A stretch of 64,000 nt of DNA from Planctomycetota bacterium (GTDB taxonomy: Bacteria; Planctomycetota; PLA2; JAEUHO01), in NCBI GenBank assembly GCA_965222115.1, contig CBDCTJ010000007.1, positions 928,001 to 992,000 on the forward strand, given 5' to 3'. Positions 18,597-27,274 of this stretch are shown here, piece after piece (the first letter of the stretch is position 1; every line of letters starts with the position of its first letter). The translations under genes were made by a program, and so were the position numbers. The notes beneath the pieces are model-generated. The model saw nothing but the letters and a program-made list of their open reading frames with translations. It was not told the origin of the DNA and did not search any database.

Positions 18597-19335
18597 AGCG
18601 GTTGCTTGTCCGCGTACCGGGCGTCTTGCCCTTGTAGGGCGCGCCATTGCTCGTTGCTGCATTCGCGTGCGTCGCTTTGGCCTTCATGGCCGCGCGTCGC
18701 GAGTTGATCAGAGGCGGTGCATCGGATGTGGCGGCAACAATCTCTCCGGGCACGTTGCGCCACTCGTCATAGCAACGCATGCCTTCCATGGCCAGTTGCT
18801 CCGGTTCAATCGAGAACGTCGGATACGGGTGCATGTCGCATTCACCCTCGACGATGAGAAAGTGCGATCGACGGGCAAAGTAGAGCGCGGTCGAGACGTC
18901 CCAAATGCGACGTTCGAGGCCGTACGTCGAGAGTTCATCGGGAATGGTTGCGAGCACATGCTCGAGCCCGTTGTTCTCTTCAATGTCTACCAACTCGTCG
19001 GCGGCATCTTTCGCCATCAAACCCTCGCGCAAAAGCACGCGGCCCAAGCGTTCGAATAGCACGGTGCTCTGTGCCCCCGCAACGCGACCGTGCTGAAAGT
19101 AGAGCACGCGGTCTTCATCCTGGTCGGCCACAATGAGCGCGCCGGTGAGATCCTGCGCGCGAGCAAAGTTGAGGATGTCGGCGGTCTGTGTTCCCGCGAA
19201 GTAGCCCGATGCACACACGCGAAAGAGGCTGCTGTCGCCAAAAACGCGGACATGCTGGCCCACCGCGCTTTGCAAGTAGGGATGCAGGGATTCCGGCACA
19301 AGCCGGTCAAAAAGAATGGCGATTTCACTGCCCAT
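18586..19335 (-). CDS. DUF4388 (PATAN-like) domain protein
   Basis: ADILNF...TGALIV...RVLYFQHGRVAGAQS...ERLGRVLLREG. Confidence 0.75.
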   Translation of the reverse strand: MGSEIAILFDRLVPESLHPYLQSAVGQHVRVFGDSSLFRVCASGYFAGTQTADILNFARAQDLTGALIVADQDEDRVLYFQHGRVAGAQSTVLFERLGRVLLREGLMAKDAADELVDIEENNGLEHVLATIPDELSTYGLERRIWDVSTALYFARRSHFLIVEGECDMHPYPTFSIEPEQLAMEGMRCYDEWRNVPGEIVAATSDAPPLINSRRAAMKAKATHANAATSNGAPYKGKTPGTRTSNRSTA

Positions 19336-19552
19336 TATTCCCTCGACTTATCGACGTTCTCCTGGGGGGGTGTGAGTCCATTGATTGGCAACGGGTACGA
19401 TTGACCGGGGCGATTCGCTTCCCTTCGTTTGGGTCTTCTTAGGCTGACGCCGTCCCGGCCCGTCGTAGTGGGGGTTCGGCGCGAAAACTAGACGTCTACG
19501 CGTGGCCGGTCCTCCCGCGTCATCGCCCCTGTTCGGCAGTAGACTCCCGCCC

Positions 19553-20482
19553 ATGTCGGACAACGTTCAGCGCTTTTGCCGTCTTGGACAGGAACACCTC
19601 ACTCGCCACGAACCCGAAGAGGCGTTCGTTTGGTACGGGCGCGCGCTTTCGGAAGACCCCGACAGCGTGGAGGCACTCTGTGGTCGCGGGCAGGCGGCCT
19701 ACGATCTCGGTCGCCTTCAGCGCGCCGATCGGGACTTTCGCCGTGCGGTTCAGCTGGCACGTGCGCGTTGGGAGCAAGCGTCCGCGGCGCCTTCGGATAT
19801 GCCCGCGGCGTCCACCGATTACGTGCGCGCGCTCCATGGCTGGGGCATGGTGTTGTTCTGGACGCGCAAGTATGAAAAGGCGCAGCGCGTGCTTGAGCGT
19901 GTTCTCCAACTCACGCCCACCGATCCCAACGATGTTCGCTTTCTCATCGGTGAGTGTTGCCTACGCGGAAGCGACATCGATCGCGCCGTGGCCATCTGGC
20001 AAAGCGCGCCCGACGATCCCGATGCGCTCTACAACTTGGGCTTGGCCTACTTCTATCGTGGTGAGTTTGTGCGCTCGGTGTCGGCATTGCGGCAGGCCAT
20101 CTTCGGCAATTTGTTTACGGTTGCACGCATTGTGGATGCGCACGTGCTCTCCGATGTTCCAAGTACTGCGGGAACCCATTGTCGAACCGATTTGCAATGT
20201 GAACATGCGGCCGGGCATTACATGGACCGCTGCGGCGACCTGTGGAAGGGCCGTCCAATCCTTGTGCGTTGGTTGCGCGGCATCTACGAACACCCCACCG
20301 TGCAGGCAGAACTTAAGACGCATATCGCGCACATGCGTACCCTCGCCGACCCGGAACTCTCGCCGGGTGAACGTGCTCGACTCGAGGGCGAAAACACGGT
20401 CCTCCGCAGTGAAGTACGCCTCGCAGCGACCGATGGCGATGTGGCCCGCGATCTCTGCGAATCGCTGTTTCGTATCTCATAG
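19553..20482 (+). CDS. Tetratricopeptide repeat protein
   Basis: TPR patterns (ALCGRGQAAYDLGRLQRA, ALYNLGLAYFYRGEFVRS). Start uncertain (GTG 19502 or ATG 19553). Confidence 0.85.
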   Translation: MSDNVQRFCRLGQEHLTRHEPEEAFVWYGRALSEDPDSVEALCGRGQAAYDLGRLQRADRDFRRAVQLARARWEQASAAPSDMPAASTDYVRALHGWGMVLFWTRKYEKAQRVLERVLQLTPTDPNDVRFLIGECCLRGSDIDRAVAIWQSAPDDPDALYNLGLAYFYRGEFVRSVSALRQAIFGNLFTVARIVDAHVLSDVPSTAGTHCRTDLQCEHAAGHYMDRCGDLWKGRPILVRWLRGIYEHPTVQAELKTHIAHMRTLADPELSPGERARLEGENTVLRSEVRLAATDGDVARDLCESLFRIS

Positions 20483-20502
20483 CCCGGGATAGATCGTCTG
20501 GG

Positions 20503-21759
20503 CTACGAGTCTTTGGCGCGCATCCATTTGAAGATGTTTTTGAGGCTAGCAGGCTGGCCGTAGAGCAATACACCGGTTCGAAACACGCGCGCGGCCAATC
20601 GGAATGCAAAGTACGTGCAGATGGCCAATACGACGAGGCTGAGAACAATCTGCCAAGCCGGCGCGCTGGGCACGCTGGCGATGCGCATCATCATGACGAA
20701 CGGAATGAACGGTGGCGTGAAACTGAGTAGCGTGGCCAATGTGCCATGGGGGGATTGAAGAATGATCATCGAAAGGATCAACGGCATGGCCAGGAGCATG
20801 GAGATGGGTGCCATCAGATTCTGCGCCTCTTTCAGTGTGTTGCAGGCACTGCCAATGGCTACCATCAAACTCGCGATCATGAGGAAGCCGAGCAGGTAGT
20901 AGAGAAAGAACAGCCCCACCTGTTTGCCGGATACGAGGTCGCCCATACCGCTGGAAGCGGCAGCGATCCAACCACCGACCGACCACAAGAGGAGCAACGT
21001 AAACCCCACGGCGCAGATACCGATGATCTTACCGGCCATGAGTTGCCTCGCGCTCACGGAGGAGAGCAACACTTCGTAAATGCGGTTGGATTTCTCTTCC
21101 AATGTGCTGTTGAGCAGCATCTGTGAGATGCCCATGATGCCGATAAACAGCAGCATCATGAAAATGAATGGTGTCATCGTGTGGGCCTCGCCACCCGCGG
21201 CACCATCGGGCTTGAGACCCATGTAGCGCACCGTGCTGCGTTGCAACAAGGCGGCGGCTTCGGGGTCAATCTGTTTACTCAAGATGATCTGCTCGTTCAC
21301 CAACTGATCGACGATGTTTTGAAGCTCGCGACCGGTGGTGAGTCCCGCCATACTCGACGGGCCGAAGATCTCCGTGGGATGTTCACCCGCCTTAGGCTTG
21401 TCCTTTGTGAGCGCGGCGCGTGTGAGAATCACCGCGTGCAGATCGCCCTTCCCGGCATTCTCGCGCAGTTCTTGAAACGCTTCCGTCTCGTCAAATCCGC
21501 TCCAAAGCGTGTCCATGTCGATGCGTTCGATGTCGAAGCGCTCGCGCGTTTCCAGTTCCCGCTCAAGTGCGTCGCCCAATACGTCGGTCTCATCGGCGAT
21601 GACGACCACGCTGCGTTCGGCGTCGCGGTCTTTGATCAGGAGCGGAATGACAAAGATGAGGCCCATCCACAGCGGCGTAAGAATGACACCAATCAAGAAC
21701 GCCTTCGTGCGCACATTTTCCAAGTACTCGCGCTTGGCGACTGTGAGGATGCGACTCAT
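20503..21759 (-). CDS. ABC-2 type permease (NatB/YhaP-like)
   Basis: VAKREYLENVRTKAF and EEKSNRIYEVLLSSVSARQLMAGKIIG. Confidence 0.92.
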   Translation of the reverse strand: MSRILTVAKREYLENVRTKAFLIGVILTPLWMGLIFVIPLLIKDRDAERSVVVIADETDVLGDALERELETRERFDIERIDMDTLWSGFDETEAFQELRENAGKGDLHAVILTRAALTKDKPKAGEHPTEIFGPSSMAGLTTGRELQNIVDQLVNEQIILSKQIDPEAAALLQRSTVRYMGLKPDGAAGGEAHTMTPFIFMMLLFIGIMGISQMLLNSTLEEKSNRIYEVLLSSVSARQLMAGKIIGICAVGFTLLLLWSVGGWIAAASSGMGDLVSGKQVGLFFLYYLLGFLMIASLMVAIGSACNTLKEAQNLMAPISMLLAMPLILSMIILQSPHGTLATLLSFTPPFIPFVMMMRIASVPSAPAWQIVLSLVVLAICTYFAFRLAARVFRTGVLLYGQPASLKNIFKWMRAKDS

Positions 21760-22679
21760 GACGTGCTCCCCGCCACACGCTTGAAGATCTCGTGCAGGCT
21801 GGGCTTGCGCAGATCAAAGCGTGTGAGTTTGGCGCGAACGATGAGTTCCTTGAGTAGCGCATCGGGATCGGCATCGGGCGCAATGAAGAGCTCCGCCTCA
21901 TTGCCGCGATCGTGGATCTCGGTCACGCCGGGCAAGTCGTCAAGCGTTTGGCCATCGCGCAGCCGATAGCCAATGAAGACCGCCTCGCGTCCCTCCGCAT
22001 CGCGAATCTCGTCGAGACTGCCCGAAAGATGAATCTGGCCTTGGTGAATCATCACCAAGTTTTCGCAGAGCTGCTCGGCCTGTTCCATGACATGGGTCGA
22101 GAAGACGACGGTGGTTCCCGCGCGCTTGAGTTCAAGCACCGCGTCGCGCAACACGTCCCGATTGACGGGATCCAGTCCGGCGAACGGCTCATCGAGCACC
22201 ACCAACTCGGGCTCATGGATGACTGTGAGAACGAACTGAAGTTTTTGCGACATGCCCTTGCTGAGTTCTTCGACTTTCTGGTCGCGCCATCCCTGCAGGC
22301 CCATGCGTTCAAGCCAGAAGTCGATGCGTGGTTCCAGCTCCTGCGACGTGCGTCCCTTGAGGCGCCCAAAGAACTGGAGCATCTCGTGGATGCGCATCTT
22401 CTTGTAGAGCCCGCGCTCTTCGGGCAAATAGCCGATGCGTGGTTTGAGCTTCTCGCTCACGGTAGAGCCCAAGACCTCCACCGTGCCGTCCGTGGGTTTG
22501 AAGATGTTCATCAGCATGCGGATGCTGGTCGTCTTGCCGGCACCGTTGGAACCCAAGATGCCGTATAGCGATCCGCGGGGCACTTCGTAGGACACGTTGT
22601 TGACCGCCGTGAAGTCGCCGAACTTCTTGGTGACGCCCTCAAAGCGCACGGCGGGGGATGCGTCACTCATGGCGCGCAT
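21756..22679 (-). CDS. ABC transporter ATP-binding protein (NatA/YhaQ-like)
   Basis: GSNGAGKTT, YLPEERGLY, LSKGMSQK, LDEPFAGLD. Confidence 0.95.
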   Translation of the reverse strand: MRAMSDASPAVRFEGVTKKFGDFTAVNNVSYEVPRGSLYGILGSNGAGKTTSIRMLMNIFKPTDGTVEVLGSTVSEKLKPRIGYLPEERGLYKKMRIHEMLQFFGRLKGRTSQELEPRIDFWLERMGLQGWRDQKVEELSKGMSQKLQFVLTVIHEPELVVLDEPFAGLDPVNRDVLRDAVLELKRAGTTVVFSTHVMEQAEQLCENLVMIHQGQIHLSGSLDEIRDAEGREAVFIGYRLRDGQTLDDLPGVTEIHDRGNEAELFIAPDADPDALLKELIVRAKLTRFDLRKPSLHEIFKRVAGSTS

Positions 22680-22703
22680 GGTACTGGCAATTGCGGCGAC
22701 GAC

Positions 22704-23672
22704 TTATCGCTCTTTTCCGCCACCGCGTTTTGCTCGGGGCGTAGATCGCACCCGAATCTCGGAGCGCACCGTGGCGGCAACGCGCTGCGGATGTTGTTCG
22801 ACTTGCTTCGTTGTGATGGTGGCATCGACGGCTTGGGCCGTGCCATCGGACAGGCGAACGGCTGCCGTGGCGCCATAGTGAACGCCAATGGAGAAGGGAA
22901 TAGAGTGACCGTCCCGCGTGAAGGATCCCCCAATGTCCTGAAGGGCTTCAAGACGCAGATGAAGCAACGTGTCGCCGTCGATGGGTTCGACGCGCTCCAA
23001 GCGCGCGCGGCCTTGAAATGTGTCGTCGTGAATCTGTCCACCGAGTGTTGCCAAACGCGTACGGAGGGCGTCTAGCGATGGCGCCGCGACCACGCCCTTG
23101 AGCGGCCAACTCTCGCCTATGCGGAGGGGCCGTGCTGGGTGCCACGGTTGCGAGGCGCCAAGCCCCGCCAGGCATGGGCTCTGAAGTAGGGCGGCGAGGG
23201 ATGCGGCATGCGGGCCTTCGCTCAAGACGTCCGTAGGGCGGCGTGCCGGATCCACATTGAATGAAACAAACTGAATGGCGGCGTCGCGTTCCGCGTCCTT
23301 TGCTCTTTGAGTAATGGTGAGTGAAACGTCGCGGTCCGTACGACTCTCGTCACCCTTGATTAGCGGCACGACACCGGGTGGCGGCTGTTGCCACGACAAG
23401 GTTTCACCCACGGAGCGGCGCGCCACATCGGGCCCTTGACTCTGATCGTAGGACTCGCGCACGTCCATGGTCACGTCGTAGGTGCGCGCTGAGGCGCCAT
23501 CGGGCCGCGACACGTCGTAGGATTTCGAACCGGTTGCGGTGTTCTCAAGCGACCGCGTTTGAAGACCGTGTGAACCATCGATCGCTGTGTCGCCGCAACC
23601 TACCGTTCCCATGCCAACGGCGCACAACAGCGCCATCGTGGCAAGCGCGACTATGCGAAACGAGCGCGTCAC
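22704..23672 (-). CDS. Hypothetical lipoprotein
   Basis: GTG 23672 overlaps the dipeptidase stop (GTGA). Hydrophobic leader ending TVGC. Confidence 0.7.
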   Translation of the reverse strand: MTRSFRIVALATMALLCAVGMGTVGCGDTAIDGSHGLQTRSLENTATGSKSYDVSRPDGASARTYDVTMDVRESYDQSQGPDVARRSVGETLSWQQPPPGVVPLIKGDESRTDRDVSLTITQRAKDAERDAAIQFVSFNVDPARRPTDVLSEGPHAASLAALLQSPCLAGLGASQPWHPARPLRIGESWPLKGVVAAPSLDALRTRLATLGGQIHDDTFQGRARLERVEPIDGDTLLHLRLEALQDIGGSFTRDGHSIPFSIGVHYGATAAVRLSDGTAQAVDATITTKQVEQHPQRVAATVRSEIRVRSTPRAKRGGGKER

Positions 23673-24637
23673 GACGACGTTCCCTTCGGAAAGGCATGTG
23701 CATACACGCGCAACCAGTTTGCGCCCATAATGCCCGCAACGTCGTCTCGCGCATAGCCGCGGGCAAGCAGTGCGTCGCCAATCTTGCCAAGATGTGACAC
23801 GCACCCAATCTCCGTAGGCGTGTCCTTTGTGTCAAATCCACCATCCAAGTCGGAACCGATGCCAATGTGATTCACCCCGATGAGGCTGGCCATGTAGTCG
23901 ACATGGCGAACAACGTCATCGAGCGTCGCCTCCCCGTCGGTTACGAAGGGTCGATAGAGAACTATGCCGACCACACCGCCGCGATCCGCTACGAGTTTGA
24001 GCTGTTCATCGCTCAAGTTTCGCCGGTGATCGCATATGGCTTTGGCGTTGCTGTGACTTGCAATGACAAGCTCGTCATCCAGTGTTGCTACCGATTCAAA
24101 TGCTTCCGGCGTGAGATGGCTCATGTCGGGAATGACGTGTTGCGAGCGCATCGCGCGCAAGAGATCGCGTCCCATGTCGGTGAGTCCCGATCGATCGACA
24201 ACACCGCCGCAGTATTGATTCCCCGTGTTCCACGCCAGTCCGATGATGCGTACGCCACGGTCCACCCACCACGCGAGGTCGTCTGGAGAATCAATCGGAT
24301 CGGCACCTTCCATGAGATGTAGGAACGCGAGCGGGTGCCTATCCCCGATATAATTCAGATCGCGCTGCGAGACGACTCGTCGAAGGCGCGTGCCGTGGTG
24401 CTCAAGCAGCGCGTCGTAGGTGGCGAGTTGTTGGCGCGCAACGTGGGCAGCCTTGCGCCCCTGTTTATCGCTATGGACGGCAAAGACGGTCGCAGCGATG
24501 AGTGCGAGGCCACCCTGCTCGGCGCCGGGCAAGGACAGCGCCTGACCGGCGGGTGGTGTGGCCGCAAAGTCACGGGTCGGGTCATCCATCAGTGCCATGG
24601 CAATGTCTTGGTGGCCGTCCACGATCGTCCAAGACAT
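23669..24637 (-). CDS. Membrane dipeptidase (peptidase M19)
   Basis: VDGHQD, LMEGAD, DMSH, ASHSNA...HRRN, IGIGSDLDG, IMGANWLRV. Confidence 0.93.
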   Translation of the reverse strand: MSWTIVDGHQDIAMALMDDPTRDFAATPPAGQALSLPGAEQGGLALIAATVFAVHSDKQGRKAAHVARQQLATYDALLEHHGTRLRRVVSQRDLNYIGDRHPLAFLHLMEGADPIDSPDDLAWWVDRGVRIIGLAWNTGNQYCGGVVDRSGLTDMGRDLLRAMRSQHVIPDMSHLTPEAFESVATLDDELVIASHSNAKAICDHRRNLSDEQLKLVADRGGVVGIVLYRPFVTDGEATLDDVVRHVDYMASLIGVNHIGIGSDLDGGFDTKDTPTEIGCVSHLGKIGDALLARGYARDDVAGIMGANWLRVYAHAFPKGTSS

Positions 24638-24719
24638 GGCGGGCTCTCCGTGTGAATACGCATACTATTCTGCGGGTTGCCCAGCGACGCCTCGCAACAA
24701 ACTTCTGGAACCGCCCGCC

Positions 24720-25397
24720 GTGAATCCCCATGCCACCGGACCAAAAACGACGCGTGCGACACGGTGGATGCAACCGATTGCGGACGAACCGCACTTCGGG
24801 CTCTATGTGTATGAAGATCCCGATGCGTTTCTTGGAGAGCGCGAAACGCGCGCACCCTATTTCGCGTCGCTTTGGCCGGCGGGCATTTCGCTCGCCGCCG
24901 AGATTTTCCTGGCGGAGCGCATTTCGACTTCGTGGGACGCGTTGCACGTACTGGATCTTGGATGTGGTCTTGGTGTGGCAGGGCTTGCCGCCGCGACGCG
25001 TCAGGCCGATGTGATGTTGGTGGACTACGAAGTCGAGTGTCTTGACATGGTGCGTGCCAGTGCAGCGCGACTAAACGTCGATGTTTCCGCTCAAGCGTTT
25101 GACTGGCGCCGCGTGTGTTCGTTGGCACCCATGAACGTAATTTTGGCCGCCGACGTACTCTATGACGTGGCGAATCACCCGTTCGTCGCACGCACGTTGA
25201 AGCAAGGATTGGCGAAGGACGGCAGGGCGTGGATCGCAGATCCCATGCGACCCCACGCACCCGAGTTTATTGCGCAGCTGCCGGAGTTTGGGTTGACCTG
25301 TCGTAAGCAGTGGCGCTCAACGATCGCAACGCACGACGTGCGCGTGAAAATGTACGAGGTAGAGCATGCGCCGGCCTCAGGCGAGTGTCCATCATGA
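24720..25397 (+). CDS. Class I SAM-dependent methyltransferase (Methyltransf_16-like)
   Basis: PYFASLWPAG, VLDLGCGLG, ILAADVLYD, WIADP. Start uncertain (GTG 24720 or ATG 24768). Confidence 0.85.
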   Translation: MNPHATGPKTTRATRWMQPIADEPHFGLYVYEDPDAFLGERETRAPYFASLWPAGISLAAEIFLAERISTSWDALHVLDLGCGLGVAGLAAATRQADVMLVDYEVECLDMVRASAARLNVDVSAQAFDWRRVCSLAPMNVILAADVLYDVANHPFVARTLKQGLAKDGRAWIADPMRPHAPEFIAQLPEFGLTCRKQWRSTIATHDVRVKMYEVEHAPASGECPS

Positions 25398-26071
25398 GCG
25401 CACCCCATGAAACGCCACTCTTGATCGAACTCCCACCGCAAGCGCGCGCTGCAACTGCGTTTTCAGCCATCTTGGCCTCTGAGAACGTGCGCCACGTGTT
25501 CTATCCACCACTGTGGTGCATGGATCGCCACGGTGTGGACGTACCCCGAGCACTTCCCCATGCAAAGGCGATCGGTCCCGATACGCTTGAAGACGTCATT
25601 GAGCGCATCTGTTTGTTGTGCGATGAATCCGGCCTTGACGCACTCGTAACGCGACGTTGGAAGACGGTTCATGCCACCGTGCGCGACTATTACCTCAAGC
25701 GCGGGTTTCTTGCGTCGATGGGCGCGCTGCTCAAAGTCGGCAAGTCAACGGTGGACCAAACACCACCCCCCGCGTTTCGCGCAGAGTCGATTCATGATGC
25801 GTCGTTTTCGGTGGCCTATCGACTACGTAGGCACGGCGAGACGCACGACCCAACCATGCCCGCCGAGGAAGGCACGCTCACGCTCTATCCCTTTGATGTC
25901 AACAACTGCGAGGCGCGTACGGAACACGATCTCCCGGGCAGCGGTGCGCTCCTTGAGGCCTTTTGCTACGCGCGCGGACGCGAGCAGCACCGCGTTGCAC
26001 TCACGCGTATCGCACGTGAACACACCGGTTGGCGCGTGGTGGACCCGCTTGCGCGTGGCGAGGCAGGTTAG
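25394..26071 (+). CDS. Hypothetical protein
   Basis: ATG 25394 overlaps the upstream stop (ATGA) and fills the gap in an apparent operon. Confidence 0.65.
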   Translation: MSAPHETPLLIELPPQARAATAFSAILASENVRHVFYPPLWCMDRHGVDVPRALPHAKAIGPDTLEDVIERICLLCDESGLDALVTRRWKTVHATVRDYYLKRGFLASMGALLKVGKSTVDQTPPPAFRAESIHDASFSVAYRLRRHGETHDPTMPAEEGTLTLYPFDVNNCEARTEHDLPGSGALLEAFCYARGREQHRVALTRIAREHTGWRVVDPLARGEAG

Positions 26072-26080
26072 CGCACGGCT

Positions 26081-26785
26081 ATGAAACGCGTTTCCCTACT
26101 CCTTGTGGGCGATGAGATACTTCGCGGTGAGATTCGCGATGAAAACGGTCCCTATGCACTGCGCGCCTTCGCAATGGCAGGCATTTCCGTCGTTCGCGTA
26201 GCGATTGTGTCCGACAATGAAGACGAGATTGTGGAAGAGGTCACGCGTATGCGTGCCATCAGCGATGGCGTTGTCATTTCGGGCGGCGTTGGACCCACAC
26301 ACGACGACAAAACCCGCCAGGCACTTTCGCGCGCGCTGGGCCGCCCCCTGATCGTTCACGCCGAAGCCTTGCGTCGTATTGAGGGCTTCTTTGGTGATGA
26401 AACCACCGACGCCGAACGCACCATGGCCCACTTACCCGAAGGCACGGAGCTCTGGTTGGGGCCCATCACGGGCACCCTTGGCGGCGAAGTCGATGGCTGC
26501 TTCGCGTTTCCCGGTGTGCCCGCACTCTTTCGCGATCTTGTGGATGCTGTCGCTACGCGCTTTGCCGTAACACCCCCCGCATGCTGCGACGTGTACCTCG
26601 ATCGCCGCGAAGGCGAAGTCGCGGGCGTACTCACCGCGCTTCAAGCCAAGCACCCTGGCGTGAGTATCGGTTCGTATCCCGAATTTGACGGACACACATG
26701 GCGCCTGCGCGTGTCCATTCGCGCTCCGTTCGAGTCCAGCGCACAACAGGTGGCAGACGAGCTCCGAACTCTTATCGATGATTGA
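26081..26785 (+). CDS. CinA-N/molybdopterin-binding (MoCF) domain protein with KH-like C-terminus
   Basis: VGDEILRGEIRDENG, SGGVGPTHDDKT, FPGVP, IGSYP; no NMN-deamidase C domain. Confidence 0.88.
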   Translation: MKRVSLLLVGDEILRGEIRDENGPYALRAFAMAGISVVRVAIVSDNEDEIVEEVTRMRAISDGVVISGGVGPTHDDKTRQALSRALGRPLIVHAEALRRIEGFFGDETTDAERTMAHLPEGTELWLGPITGTLGGEVDGCFAFPGVPALFRDLVDAVATRFAVTPPACCDVYLDRREGEVAGVLTALQAKHPGVSIGSYPEFDGHTWRLRVSIRAPFESSAQQVADELRTLIDD

Positions 26786-26901
26786 CCGGTATACATAGCC
26801 AAAGGGTCTTTCCTGAGATTGAACTCCGGTGAGGTGTGGCCAACTTGTGGCTCGTGCGTTATCAACGTATGGACAGACTCAGGCAAAGCAGTTCACGATT
26901 C

Positions 26902-27039
26902 GGTGTCACACCTGAAACGGCCTGGCTGCTCGCGCAGGCGTTTCGAACCTCTCCCGAGTTCTGGATAAATCTGCAAACTGCGCACGATCTCGCACGTACA
27001 CGTCCGCGTCGCAAGGTGAAGGCGATTCGACTGGCGTAG
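26902..27039 (+). pseudogene. HigA/VapI antitoxin C-terminal remnant
   Basis: GVTPETAWLLAQAFRTSPEFWINLQTAHDLA matches the HigA C-half. The N-terminal HPGE/HTH part is absent and no toxin gene is adjacent. Confidence 0.75.
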
Positions 27040-27138
27040 CTAGCAGGCAGAAAGCAATGCTTCGCAGTCTGGCATCGCTTTTCATGACCCCGCAAACTTA
27101 CACCCGGCACTTTCTTGCGAGATTCGAGTCTGGGGATG

Positions 27139-27211
27139 TGGAGCTGAGGGGAATCGAACCCCTTACCTCTTCATTGCGAACGAAGCGCTCTACCAAATGA
27201 GCTACAGCCCC
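27139..27211 (-). tRNA. tRNA-Ala(CGC), 73 nt, CCA not encoded
   Basis: Reverse complement GGGGCTGTAGCTCATTTGGTAGAGCGCTTCGTTCGCAATGAAGAGGTAAGGGGTTCGATTCCCCTCAGCTCCA. G3:U70 pair, anticodon CGC, T-loop GTTCGA. Confidence 0.97.
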
Positions 27212-27274
27212 GTGAGTGGGGGCACGAACGTATCCGCGGCCCAGTGCGGGTCAAGTCCTCTGCTATCTCAGCGG

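Noticed and set aside
27102-27120. Sigma54 promoter (CGGCAC...TTGC)
   Set aside because: GG to GC spacing is 9 nt rather than the required 10.
26786-27211. Intact prophage or genomic island at the tRNA
   Set aside because: No integrase and no duplicated att seen; only a higA fragment.
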